Shown here: piece after piece, positions 41,820 to 52,048 of the stretch | Layout: each line of letters opens with the position of its first letter | How positions within the stretch are numbered: position 1 is the stretch's first letter | Made by a program: the position numbers and the translations under genes | The notes under the pieces: generated by a model | Told to the model about the DNA's origin: nothing | Database searches by the model: none | Seen by the model: the letters and a program-made list of their open reading frames with translations, nothing else | Assembly: GCA_964291495.2 (NCBI GenBank) | Contig: OZ219871.1 | Coordinates: 1,592,922 to 1,656,921 of the forward strand | DNA: 64,000 nt | Source of the DNA: Dehalococcoidia bacterium | GTDB taxonomy: Bacteria; Chloroflexota; Dehalococcoidia; UBA2979 | Reading direction: 5' to 3'

Positions 41820-43001
41820 ATGACGGCTACGCAACCCGCGCCCACCGTCCTGCCCGATGTCCGCGTCGTCGAGATCGCCTCCGGCGTGGCCGTCGCCTAT
41901 GCGGCGCAGCTGCTCGGCCAGCTTGGCGCCGAGGTGACCCGCATCGAGCCGCCCGAGGGCGACGCGGTGCGCCTCGCCGGACCGTTCCCCGAGGGCCAGC
42001 CGGACGGCTCGCCCGACCTCGACAGCGGGGGCCTGCACCGCTACCTCAACGGCGGCAAGCGCAGCGTCGCGCTCGACCTCGCCTCGGAAGACGACGCCGG
42101 CCTCGCCGCCGGGCTGATCGCCCGCAGCAACCTGCTCGTCGGCGACTGGCGCGAGGGCGGCCTGCTGCCCTTCGACGACCAGGACGCGATGCGCGAGCGC
42201 TTCCCGGAGACGACCTGTGTATCGATCAGCGACTTCGGGATGGACGGGCCGCGCGTCGACTGGCGGGCGGACTCGCTGATCCACGAGGCGCTCTCCGGCA
42301 TCACCTACGTGAGCGGCGCTCCGGACCGCGAGCCGCTCGCGCTCGGCGTCGACGTCGCCGACTATTTCGCGGGGCTGGTGGGCTGGATCTCCTCGCTGAC
42401 TGCGCTCGCGCAGGCGAGCGTCGGCGAGCGGCCCGGCTTCATCGACATCTCGGCGCACGAGGTGATCGGCTCCTCGGACGACCACAGCCTCTCGCTCTAC
42501 GCCGGGACGGGGGCGGTGCGGCGGCGCTTCTACTCACGGGTGCTGGGCGGCTACCCCTCCGACATCATGCCCTGCAAGGGCGGCCACATCTCCTTCGTGA
42601 CGCCGCAGAGCGCGTTCCCGGCGAGGGTCGCCGAGCTGATCGGGCGGCCCGATCTCGTGGACGACCCGCTGCTCAACACGCGCCGCGAGCGCGCCGTGCG
42701 CTGGCGCGAATTCGATGCGCTCGTCGGGCCCTACCTGCAGGCGCACACCCGGGAGGAGCTGCTGCGCCGCTCGGACGAGTTGCACCTCGCGTTCGCGATG
42801 TTGCCCAGCGTCGCCGACCTGCTCGCGGACGAGCACCTGCGCGAGCGCGGCTTCTGGATGGAGGGCCCCGACGGCGAGGACGTGATCGGCCCGCCGCTGC
42901 GCCTCCCGGCCGCGCCGCTGCGGGCGGGGCGGCCCGCGCCCACGCTCGGCTCGTCGAGCGTCGAGGACCTCGACGCCGGCGCTGCGGAGCGGGAGGCCTG
43001 A
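41820..43001 (+). CDS. Family III CoA-transferase (CaiB/BaiF)
   Basis: VRVVE, LGAEV.RIEPPEGD..R, LNGGKRSV.LDL, ISDFG..GP, DY.AG. Confidence 0.88.
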   Translation: MTATQPAPTVLPDVRVVEIASGVAVAYAAQLLGQLGAEVTRIEPPEGDAVRLAGPFPEGQPDGSPDLDSGGLHRYLNGGKRSVALDLASEDDAGLAAGLIARSNLLVGDWREGGLLPFDDQDAMRERFPETTCVSISDFGMDGPRVDWRADSLIHEALSGITYVSGAPDREPLALGVDVADYFAGLVGWISSLTALAQASVGERPGFIDISAHEVIGSSDDHSLSLYAGTGAVRRRFYSRVLGGYPSDIMPCKGGHISFVTPQSAFPARVAELIGRPDLVDDPLLNTRRERAVRWREFDALVGPYLQAHTREELLRRSDELHLAFAMLPSVADLLADEHLRERGFWMEGPDGEDVIGPPLRLPAAPLRAGRPAPTLGSSSVEDLDAGAAEREA

Positions 43002-43002
43002 G

Positions 43003-44388
43003 ATGCGCTTCTTCGAGGGCCTGCGCGCGCTGGACCTGACCCACGTCTGGATCGGGCCGCTCGTGACGCGCGTCCTCTCCGACCTCGGGGCGGACATCAT
43101 CAAGGTCGAGCACGGCAGTCATCCGGACAACACGCGCATCGCCTTCTTCGCCAACAACGACTCGAGCGGCGAGTACTGGCACCACAGCGTCTACTTCACC
43201 AAGCGCAACGCCGGCAAGCGCGCGATCCAGGTGAACCTGCAGCAACCCGAGGGCAAGGAGTTGTTCCTGCGCCTGGTCCGCGAGGCGGACATGGTGGTCG
43301 AGAACTTCACGCCGGGAGTGATGGAGCGGCTGGGCCTCGGCTACGAGGCGCTGCGCGAGCACAACCCCTCGATCATCATGTGCTCGCTCTCCGGCTACGG
43401 GCAGACCGGACCGCACTCGCACCGCCCCGCCTACGGCATGAGCATGGAGCCGGCCTCGGGCATCGCGACGCTGACCGGCTACCGCGGGATGGGGCCGATG
43501 AAGACCGGGCAGACCTGGATCGACCACTACGGCGGCTACCAGGGCACGGGCGGCGCGATCGCGGCGCTGATCCACCGCGCCCGCACCGGCGAAGGTCAGC
43601 ACGTCGAGGTCTCGATGCAGGAGGCGGCGATCCCGATGCTCGCCGCGCACATCGCCGAGTACCAGCAACACGGCCGCCTCCACGGGCCCAACAACCCGCG
43701 CCGCGAGGGCAAGGTGCGCGGCTACTACGAGTGCGAGGGCGTCGACGCATGGGTCGCCGTCTCCGTCCGCGATGAGGCCGAGTGGCAGGCCTGCTGCCAC
43801 GCCGTCGGCCACCCGGAGTGGCTCGAGGACCCGCGCTTCGCCACAGCCGCCGGCCGCTACAAGCATCACGACGCCCTCGACGAGGGCCTTGCCGAGTGGG
43901 CCGCGAACCGTACGAAGTTCGAGGCGGCGGAGCTGCTGCAGGAGGCGGGCGTGCCGGCCGCGCCGGTGCTTGCCGGCGACGAGGTGCTCGCCGACGAGCA
44001 GCTCGAGGCGCGCGAGTTCTTCGACCCGCTCGAGCTCGTAGACATCGGAGAGGTTCCGATCGAGCGCTACTTCAGCCCTCGCATCGACGGTCGCGGCGTC
44101 CCGGCGCGCGGCCGCGCGCCCAAACTCGGCGAGCACACCGACGAGGTGCTGCGCGAGCTGCTCGGCCTGGGCGACGAAGAGCTGGCCGGCCTCGCCGCGC
44201 GCGGCGTCACCCGCGGGGAGCCCGAGGCGCTGATGAGCCCGGCCGCGCGCGAGGGCTCGCCGCTCCCCCTCGACCAGTTGATCGAGCAGGGCTCGATCCT
44301 GCGAATCGACGAGGACTTCCGCGAGGTGATCGACGCGCAGGTCGCGCGCCTCAAGGCACGCGACGCGAGCGTCGCCGGCGAGCGCTGA
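43003..44388 (+). CDS. Family III CoA-transferase (CaiB/BaiF)
   Basis: LDLTHVWIGP, DLGADIIKVE, NAGKR, ENFTPGVM.RLGL, SGYGQTGP, APKLGEH. Confidence 0.92.
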   Translation: MRFFEGLRALDLTHVWIGPLVTRVLSDLGADIIKVEHGSHPDNTRIAFFANNDSSGEYWHHSVYFTKRNAGKRAIQVNLQQPEGKELFLRLVREADMVVENFTPGVMERLGLGYEALREHNPSIIMCSLSGYGQTGPHSHRPAYGMSMEPASGIATLTGYRGMGPMKTGQTWIDHYGGYQGTGGAIAALIHRARTGEGQHVEVSMQEAAIPMLAAHIAEYQQHGRLHGPNNPRREGKVRGYYECEGVDAWVAVSVRDEAEWQACCHAVGHPEWLEDPRFATAAGRYKHHDALDEGLAEWAANRTKFEAAELLQEAGVPAAPVLAGDEVLADEQLEAREFFDPLELVDIGEVPIERYFSPRIDGRGVPARGRAPKLGEHTDEVLRELLGLGDEELAGLAARGVTRGEPEALMSPAAREGSPLPLDQLIEQGSILRIDEDFREVIDAQVARLKARDASVAGER

Positions 44389-44406
44389 CGGCGGCCGGGG
44401 AGCCGC

Positions 44407-45585
<1,179 letters not shown>

Positions 45586-45665
45586 CGCGATCCTCCTCGA
45601 GCGTCCATCCGGCGGCTTCGCGCCTCATGCTAACGCACTCGCGCGGGATGCGAGGGCGCCATGCT

Positions 45666-45712
45666 TGTCAAGGACGCTTGACAGCTGCGAGAGATGTCAA
45701 GCACACTTGACT
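45666..45712. promoter_or_regulatory. Tandem palindromic operators TGTCAAG-N4-CTTGAC(A/T), likely bound by the adjacent XRE regulator
   Basis: Copies at 45666-45683 and 45695-45712; the first contains a perfect TTGACA. Confidence 0.75.
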
Positions 45713-45744
45713 CTCGAAAGTGCTCCCGAGTCCGGGGAGGTCGC

Positions 45745-46137
45745 ATGAGGTCCGAACGGCACGCCGGCAAGCGGCGCTATACCCGCGACGTGCTGATCGC
45801 ACTCCTTGCCTACGGGATCCTGCTCGCCGCCTCCGGGTACATCGTCGATGCGAATCGCGACGCGGCGTGGCGCTACGCCGTCGCCGTGCTGCCGATGATT
45901 CCCGCCGCCTTCGTGGCCGTCGCCTGGGTGCGCTACTACCGGACGGTGGACGAGCTCCAGCAGCGCATCGCGCTGGAGGCGCTCGCCTTCGCCTTCGGCG
46001 GCACGGCGCTGATCACCTTCGGCTACGGCTTCCTCGACGCGGCCGGGCTGCCGCGCATCAGCTGGTGGTGGGTCTGGCCGGTGATGGCGATCCTCTGGAT
46101 CGTCGGCGGCTGGCTCGCGAGGAGGCGTTGGCTGTGA
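45745..46137 (+). CDS. Small four-TM membrane protein partnered with an XRE regulator
   Basis: Hydrophobic with DE.Q.RI..EA motif; GGGGAGG RBS; GTGA overlap with XRE gene. Confidence 0.75.
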   Translation: MRSERHAGKRRYTRDVLIALLAYGILLAASGYIVDANRDAAWRYAVAVLPMIPAAFVAVAWVRYYRTVDELQQRIALEALAFAFGGTALITFGYGFLDAAGLPRISWWWVWPVMAILWIVGGWLARRRWL

Positions 46138-46331
46138 GGAACGCCCTCCGCGAGCTGCGCGCGGAGCGAGGCTGGACCCAGGCCGATCTCGCGCGCGAGC
46201 TGGAGGTGAGCCGGCAGACCGTCAACTCGATCGAGACCGGCAAGTACGACCCCAGCCTCCCGCTCGCCTTCCGCATTGCGGCGATCTTCGAGCGGCCGAT
46301 CGAGGCGGTATTCGAGCCCGAGGACCGCTGA
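46134..46331 (+). CDS. XRE-family HTH transcriptional regulator
   Basis: N.LRELR..RGWTQ.DLA..L.VSRQT.NSIE.GKYDPSL.LAF.IA..F. Confidence 0.92.
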   Translation: MRNALRELRAERGWTQADLARELEVSRQTVNSIETGKYDPSLPLAFRIAAIFERPIEAVFEPEDR

Positions 46332-46345
46332 GGCCGGCGAATGTC

Positions 46346-46669
46346 TCAGCCGCTCGTGCGGAGCTCGCCCGGCTCCTGCGTGAACAGCCCTTCGTAGAGC
46401 GAGACCTCCGGGTGTTCGGCGAGGATGCCGCGCAGCGAGCCCTGGCGGTGGCCGAGCGTGAACGCCTCGCTCTGCGTCCAGGCATCGAACGCCTCGCGCG
46501 ACTCCCAGGTGCTGTGGCTCAGGTACTCACCGGGGCGGTCCCCGCGCAGCAGCGCGAAGCGCACGAAGCCGGGCACGTCGCCGAGGTACGTCTCGCGATC
46601 GCGCCAGCGCGCCTCGAAGGCCTCTTCCTGGCCCGGCACGACGATGAAGCGGTTCATCGCGACAAACAC
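46346..46669 (-). CDS. Antibiotic biosynthesis monooxygenase (IsdG/HmoA-like) protein
   Basis: F.AMNRF.V..G.E..FE..W..R...L..VPGF..F.LLRG..W.S...F..WT.SEAF...H; AAGGAG RBS. Confidence 0.85.
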   Translation of the reverse strand: MFVAMNRFIVVPGQEEAFEARWRDRETYLGDVPGFVRFALLRGDRPGEYLSHSTWESREAFDAWTQSEAFTLGHRQGSLRGILAEHPEVSLYEGLFTQEPGELRTSG

Positions 46670-46699
46670 GGCGTGCTCCTTTCCCCCCTCAGCGTAGCC

Positions 46700-46975
46700 C
46701 GCTCCCACCGGCGGGGGAGAGGGGCGCGTCCCGCCGATGCCCGGCTGGATTCCGGCAGTGGCGTCCCGTCATTCCGGCGAAAGCCGGAATCCAGGCGGGG
46801 GGCAGCGATCGGGAGTTGCGCCCTCGGAAGGCTCGTGCGCCCTTGTGGCGTCCGGTGAGCGCCTCCCTCACCCTCCGCCCTCTCCCTCGGGGAGAGGGGA
46901 CCGGATCTGGCCCCGACAGTCGGGTGCGCCCTCGATGGTTCCGAGCGAGGCGTGGGGGCGCAGCCCCCACAAGGG
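46700..46975. repeat. Mosaic REP-like repeat cluster R6
   Basis: GTCATTCCGGCGAAAGCCGGAATCCAG at 46768-46794, one CCCTCACCC module, GTGGGGGCGCAGCCCCCAC palindrome. Confidence 0.85.
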
Positions 46976-46984
46976 ACGCACGGA

Positions 46985-47701
46985 CTACCCCTCGCCCGCC
47001 AGCGCGGCGTTCTCCGCCAGCACGCGCTCGACGTCCTCGCGGTAGAGCGCGCCGAGCAGCTTGCCGCCCTCGTGGTACCCGCGCGAGGTCACGAGGACGC
47101 TCGGGTGAGGGTTGCGGCTCAGCCGTTCGACGAGGCTGTGCAGGAACGTGTCCGGCTTCTCCGTTGGCGGCTGCGGCTCCATCACGTCGCCGGCCCGGGC
47201 GGCCGGGTCGCCATCGAGGGCGCCGCCGTCGATGCGGCCGAGCAGCACGCCGGAGTCGTCGACCACCGCACAGAGCGGGTCGCCGCTCTCGTCGGTCAAC
47301 GCGCGCGCCTCGCCCAGCGTCGCGTCGGGGCCGCAGGTGGCGGGCACGCGCATCACGTCCAGCGCGCGTCGCCGCCCGGCGCTGCGCCCGGCCAGCGGCA
47401 GGCCCTCCAGCACCCAGTCCGACTTGCCCGGCACGTAGTCGTGGACGGCCTCGAAGCCCAGTTGTTCGAGCCGCGCCGCGGCTCGGGGTGAGGCGTCTCA
47501 TTCGCGATCGTAGCAGTAGACGATGAGCGGCCGATCGCGGCGCAGCGCGCCGACGGTGTCCGGGCCGATCGCCGTGGCGGGGACGTTCACGGCGCCCTCG
47601 AGGTGCTCGTCGGCGTACTCGCGCTCCGGCAGCACGTCCACCAGCTGCGCGCCGTCCGCGAGCAGCGCCCGCAGCTCGTCGCGCTCGATCTGCTTGACCA
47701 T
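46985..47701 (-). CDS. Rhodanese-CBS fusion protein, probable selenoprotein (UGA at 47500-47498, residue 68)
   Basis: ORFs 47498..47701 and 46985..47434 are in one frame separated only by TGA; readthrough gives LIVYCYDRE-U-DASPRAAARLEQLGFEAVHDYVPGKSDW, completing the rhodanese fold, then a CBS pair. Confidence 0.85.
47467..47485 (-). promoter_or_regulatory. Candidate bacterial SECIS element
   Basis: mRNA CGAGCCGC-GGC-GCGGCUCG, 8-bp stem starting 13 nt after the UGA, G first in the loop. Confidence 0.7.
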
Positions 47702-47751
47702 GGGGTTCTCCTCGTGTGTGTCCGTTCGTGGACAGTGTACGGAGCCGGAGC

Positions 47752-47788
47752 TCCCTCACCCTAACCCTCTCCCTCGGGGAGAGGGGAC
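47752..47788. repeat. Single REP-like module R7
   Basis: CCCTCACCCTAACCCTCTCCCTCGGGGAGAGGGGAC. Confidence 0.85.
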
Positions 47789-47800
47789 AGCCGCCGCACC

Positions 47801-49249
47801 TCAGTCCGCCCCCCAGCGCCAGTAGACGGCGATCGCGGAGGCGACGATGGCGGCGGTGAGCAGTAGGCCGGCCTGCAGGCCGTCGATAATCGCGAGCGAG
47901 CGCAGCGGGCTGCCCTCGGCGGCGGCCGTGAGGTTGGCGCCCGCGAAGACGGTGAAGACTGCGCCGGAAACCGCGATGCCGCCCGCCTGCCCGATGCGCC
48001 GCGCCGTCACGATCGCCGCCGAGGCCATGCCGAGCCGCTGCATCGGTACGGAGCCCATGATCGTCGAGTTGTTCGGCGACTGGAACAGCGCCATGCCGAG
48101 CCCGATCAGCGACAGCCTCGCGGCCACGTCCGGCACCGCGGTGCCGCCGTCCGCGAGCGCGAGCAGCGTGATGCCGAGGCTGGACGAGGCGAGGCCGAGC
48201 GGCACGAGCAGCCTCGGCCCGACGCGGTCGGCGAGGCGGCCGGTCAGCGGGGCGAAGACGAACAGCGTGAGCGGCTGCGCGGCGATGATCGCGCCCGCCT
48301 CCAGCGTGCTGAAGCCGCGCGCGCCGACGAGGTAGAAGGGCGTCAGCACCATCACGGCGGCGAAGCCCCAGTAGAAAAGAATCGCCGTGCCGACCGATCC
48401 GCTGAAGGCGCGGATGCGCAGCAGCTCCAGCGACACCACCGGGCTCGCCGCGCGCCGCTCGATCCACACGAACAGCGGCGCGAGCGCCAGGCCGAGGACG
48501 AACAGCGCGATGATCCACGGGCTGTCCCAGCCCCAGGCGTTGCCGCGGTTGACGGCCAGCGTGAGGCTCGCGAGGGAGCCGAAGATCGTGAGCGAACCGG
48601 GGATGTCCAGCCCGCGCTCGCGGCCCTCGGCGGACGTGCTGCGCAGCACCAGCAGCAGCACGGCGGTCAGCGTGACGCTCAGCGGCAGCCGCGTGAGGAA
48701 GATCGCGCGCCAGTCCAGCAGCTCGATGAGCACGCCGCCCAGCACCGGACCGGCGGCGAGGCCGAAGCCGACCGTGCCGCCCATGATGCCGAGCGCCTGC
48801 CCTCGGCGCTCCGGGGGCACGAAGGAGGTGACGATCGCGTTGCCGTTGGAGACGACCATCGAGTTGCCGATGGCCTGTAGCCCTCGCGCCGCCACGAGCG
48901 CGGGCAACGAGGGCGCCGCTGCCGCCGCCAGCAGCGACAGCGCGACGATCGCGTTGCCGCCGACGAAGAAGCGCTTGCGCCCGTAGAGGTCGCCGAGCCG
49001 CCCGAACGGCAGCGCGAGGCCGGTGCCGAGCAGCACAAAGACCAGCATGACCCAGACCACGGCGTCGATCGTCGTCTCGAACTCGGAGGCGAGGGTGGGC
49101 AGCGCGATGTTGACGATCGAGGTGTCCATCGTGCTGAGCAGCACGGAGCCGGCGACGGGCGCGAGCACGAGCCACGGCAGGCGCGGGGCGCGTCGCCGCG
49201 CGACGCCCGAGGCGTCGGCGCTGCGCTGTCCGTCGCTGTCGTCGGGCAT
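47801..49249 (-). CDS. MFS transporter (DHA2/EmrB-QacA type)
   Basis: MDTSIVNIALP, GRLGD.YGRK, ARGLQAIG, GPVLGG, F.SPNN. Confidence 0.9.
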   Translation of the reverse strand: MPDDSDGQRSADASGVARRRAPRLPWLVLAPVAGSVLLSTMDTSIVNIALPTLASEFETTIDAVVWVMLVFVLLGTGLALPFGRLGDLYGRKRFFVGGNAIVALSLLAAAAAPSLPALVAARGLQAIGNSMVVSNGNAIVTSFVPPERRGQALGIMGGTVGFGLAAGPVLGGVLIELLDWRAIFLTRLPLSVTLTAVLLLVLRSTSAEGRERGLDIPGSLTIFGSLASLTLAVNRGNAWGWDSPWIIALFVLGLALAPLFVWIERRAASPVVSLELLRIRAFSGSVGTAILFYWGFAAVMVLTPFYLVGARGFSTLEAGAIIAAQPLTLFVFAPLTGRLADRVGPRLLVPLGLASSSLGITLLALADGGTAVPDVAARLSLIGLGMALFQSPNNSTIMGSVPMQRLGMASAAIVTARRIGQAGGIAVSGAVFTVFAGANLTAAAEGSPLRSLAIIDGLQAGLLLTAAIVASAIAVYWRWGAD

Positions 49250-49295
49250 CGCGCGATGATAGGGGGAGCGTGCCGCCGGGGTCCGGGGAGGCGGC

Positions 49296-49691
49296 TTAGC
49301 GGTCCTGGTCCATGCGGCGGTGCGCGAACTTCCAGGCGCCGTCCACCTTGCGCACGGTGTGGCGGTACATGCCCGTGTGGTGGATGCGCGAGTCCTCGTG
49401 GGGCCGCAGCAGCATCAGGTAGCACGTCACCTGCGCCACCCCGGCGTCGCCCTCGATGAGCACGTTGTTGATCCAGTGCCGCGAGACCGCCCGGTCCGGG
49501 TCGTTCGCGCGCGAAGCAGCGACCTCGCGCAGCTGCTCGATGCCCTCCCAGCGGCGGTCGGGCGGGAACTCGTAGACGGCGTCCTCGGTGAAGCAGTCGA
49601 GCCAGGCCTCGCTGTCGCCGCCGTCGATCGCGTGGTTGTAGCGGGACAGCAGATCGAGGATCGCCATCCGGTCCTCGTTGGAGATCGCCAT
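49296..49691 (-). CDS. SnoaL/NTF2-like protein
   Basis: EDR.AI.DL..RY..A.D...W..CFTED, RH...N, G.Y...V.K..G.W.F..R. Confidence 0.85.
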   Translation of the reverse strand: MAISNEDRMAILDLLSRYNHAIDGGDSEAWLDCFTEDAVYEFPPDRRWEGIEQLREVAASRANDPDRAVSRHWINNVLIEGDAGVAQVTCYLMLLRPHEDSRIHHTGMYRHTVRKVDGAWKFAHRRMDQDR

Positions 49692-49712
49692 GTCGCCTCG
49701 CCCCCTCGCGCG

Positions 49713-50144
49713 CTATTCGCCCTCGCGGGCGTCCCAGTCGACCGTCTCGCCGCGCGCCAGCGCCTCGATCTCCTCGAGGATGTAGAGCAGCTCGCGGTCG
49801 TCGCGGCGGGCGATGTCGGGGATGTGATAGCCGTGATCGAAGGCGGCGACGACCTGCGAGTGGTCGTCGATCACGTAGTCCGGCATCACGGTCACGTCCA
49901 TCTCCTCGAGCCGCTCGCGGTAGCGGTAGAGCGGCTTGACGAAGTAGTCGTCGACGTAGCCGTCGAGGCCGTGCAGGCGCATGTCGAAGCGCCGGATGCC
50001 GACGCCGGACCAAATGTAGATCGAGTGGCCGGCCTGCTTGAGGCGGCTGAACACCTCCTCGGTGTGATTGCGCAGCCGCCCGTCGGCCATGATCAGCGTG
50101 TAGTCGACGTCGAAGAAGACGTTCAGGCGTCGATCCTCGGCCAT
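49713..50144 (-). CDS. Minimal capless HAD-superfamily hydrolase
   Basis: FFDVDYTL (DxD), IWSG, KP, IDD motifs I-IV in 143 aa. Confidence 0.75.
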   Translation of the reverse strand: MAEDRRLNVFFDVDYTLIMADGRLRNHTEEVFSRLKQAGHSIYIWSGVGIRRFDMRLHGLDGYVDDYFVKPLYRYRERLEEMDVTVMPDYVIDDHSQVVAAFDHGYHIPDIARRDDRELLYILEEIEALARGETVDWDAREGE

Positions 50145-50269
50145 GGCGCCTCGCTCACCGCTGCGGCGGCGCCGCGCGGCGCCCTGCCTGGCCCCTCCGG
50201 CCCGGGGCACGCGCGCTAGCATACCGTGAGCCCGCCTCACGCTCGATAGCCTCCCTCCGGCTCCCGCAT

Positions 50270-50432
50270 CCGGCCCCCTCTCCTGGGGGAGAGGGTTGGG
50301 GTGAGGGGGCTCGCCGGCGGAGCTGCCGCCTCGATGGGGTGTTTGCCCCCGGAGCCCCGTGCCCGGCGGGGCTGGCGGGCTGCGCCCGCTCTCTCTCACC
50401 CTCCGCCCTCTCCCGCGGGGAGAGGGGACCGG
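50270..50432. repeat. Composite repeat R8, inverted near-copy of 4298-4460
   Basis: About 160 bp aligning by eye almost base for base with part of R1. Confidence 0.9.
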
Positions 50433-50517
50433 CTCCGTCCTCGGGGATCGGGCGTGGCGTGAGCGCTTGGCCCTCGCATGTTGTCGGAGCGAGGCGCCGG
50501 GCCGTAGGCTGGCGGCC

Positions 50518-51729
50518 GTGGGCACGTCCGGGACTTCTTCGTGGGACGAGGCTGCGATCGAGGCACGGGTCGCGCCGTTCCTGCGCGACCTCGCCCCGCC
50601 GACCTCGCTCTCCGTCCTGCAGTACGACCTCAACGCAGGCGTGCCGGACCGCGCCTCGCTGCCCTCGGCGGAGATCGCCGAGGCCGCAGCCCGCGCGCTG
50701 CGCGACGATCCCGCCGGTGCGCTCACCTACGGCGGGAACCAGGGCTACGAACCGCTGCGCGCCTGGATTGCCGAGCGGCATTGCGCCGAGGGCCTGACCA
50801 TCGGACCGGAGCACGTCACGCTCTGCTCCGGCAGCGCGCACGCCCTCGACAACATCGCCGCCGCCTTCCTTGGCCCCGGCGACGGCGCCGTCGTCGGCGC
50901 CCCCACATACCCGGGCGCGATCCGCGCCTTCCGCGCGCGCGGCGCGAGGCTGATCGACGTCCCGCAGGACGCCGACGGCCTGCGCCCCGACGCGCTCATC
51001 GAGGCACTCACCGCCTGGGGCGGGCCCGCGCCCAAGCTGCTCTACCTGATCCCCACCTACGACAACCCGAGCGGCAGCACGATGCCGCTCGCGCGCCGCG
51101 AGGAGCTGCTGCGCATCGCCGGGGAGCACGGCCTGCTGATCGTCGAGGACGACGCCTACGCGGGGCTCGACCTCGACGGCCCGCCGCCGCCCTCGCTGTT
51201 CTCGCTCGCGCGGGGGCAGGGCGTGCTGTACGTCGGCACCGCCTCGAAGACGATCGCGACCGGCTTGCGGCTCGGCTGGACCGTGGCGGCGCCCGAGGTG
51301 GTCCGCCAACTGGTCTTCGCGCGGCTGGACAACGGCGCCTCGCCCTTCGTGCACCGCACGGTGCTGGAGTACCTGAACGCGGGCGGCTACGACGCGCACG
51401 TCGAGCGGCTGCGCGCGATCTACCGCGAGCGCCGCGACGCCGCGGTCGAGACCGCGGCCGAGGTGTTCGGCGACCTCGTGCGCTTCGATCCGCCGGCGGG
51501 TGGCTTCTACCTCTGGCTGCACCTCGGCGAGGGCATCGGGGCCAACTCGTTCGCGCGGGAGGCGGCGGCACGCGGCGTGGCGGTCACGCCCGGCCCGCTC
51601 TACTTCGCGAACGAGGGCGGCGAGCGCAACGTCCGCCTCGCCTGGCCCGCGCTGCCGCCCGAGCAGCTGCGCGACGCGATCACGCGCCTCGGCGAGGCGG
51701 CGTCGGCGGCCGCGCCTGAGGGCGTGTGA
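50518..51729 (+). CDS. PLP-dependent class I/II aminotransferase (LysN/MocR-domain-like)
   Basis: YG...G..PLR, PTYPGA, Y.IP...NPSG, EDDAY, SKT...GLRLGW; GTG start 50518 inferred. Confidence 0.88.
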   Translation: MGTSGTSSWDEAAIEARVAPFLRDLAPPTSLSVLQYDLNAGVPDRASLPSAEIAEAAARALRDDPAGALTYGGNQGYEPLRAWIAERHCAEGLTIGPEHVTLCSGSAHALDNIAAAFLGPGDGAVVGAPTYPGAIRAFRARGARLIDVPQDADGLRPDALIEALTAWGGPAPKLLYLIPTYDNPSGSTMPLARREELLRIAGEHGLLIVEDDAYAGLDLDGPPPPSLFSLARGQGVLYVGTASKTIATGLRLGWTVAAPEVVRQLVFARLDNGASPFVHRTVLEYLNAGGYDAHVERLRAIYRERRDAAVETAAEVFGDLVRFDPPAGGFYLWLHLGEGIGANSFAREAAARGVAVTPGPLYFANEGGERNVRLAWPALPPEQLRDAITRLGEAASAAAPEGV

Positions 51730-51775
51730 CCGCGGCTCTACGAGGACTCGCGAGCGCTCAGCTTGAACAGGGCTG

Positions 51776-52015
51776 CTAGCTGGATCCCTCGAAGGTCTCT
51801 TCGACTTCCTTGGCGCCCATGCGGTCGAAGTCGGTCGGCACGGAGATGCCTTGCAGGAACCCGGTGCGCCGTACACCGGCGGTCGGCGCATCGAGCGATA
51901 CGACCTTCACCAGGGGCTTCCCGGAGCGCGCGATGATGAACGGCTCGCCATCGGCGGCGGCCTGTACCAGCTTCGAGAACTGCGACCTGGCTTCACTCAT
52001 GCTGGCGACGCGCAT
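51776..52015 (-). CDS. Phd/YefM-family antitoxin (no adjacent toxin)
   Basis: SM.EA.SQFSKLV..A..GE...IAR.GKP.VK.V...RR.GFL.G..P.DFD. Confidence 0.85.
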   Translation of the reverse strand: MRVASMSEARSQFSKLVQAAADGEPFIIARSGKPLVKVVSLDAPTAGVRRTGFLQGISVPTDFDRMGAKEVEETFEGSS

Positions 52016-52048
52016 GGCAGCCCCCCGGCAACGTTCCGACTCGATGGA

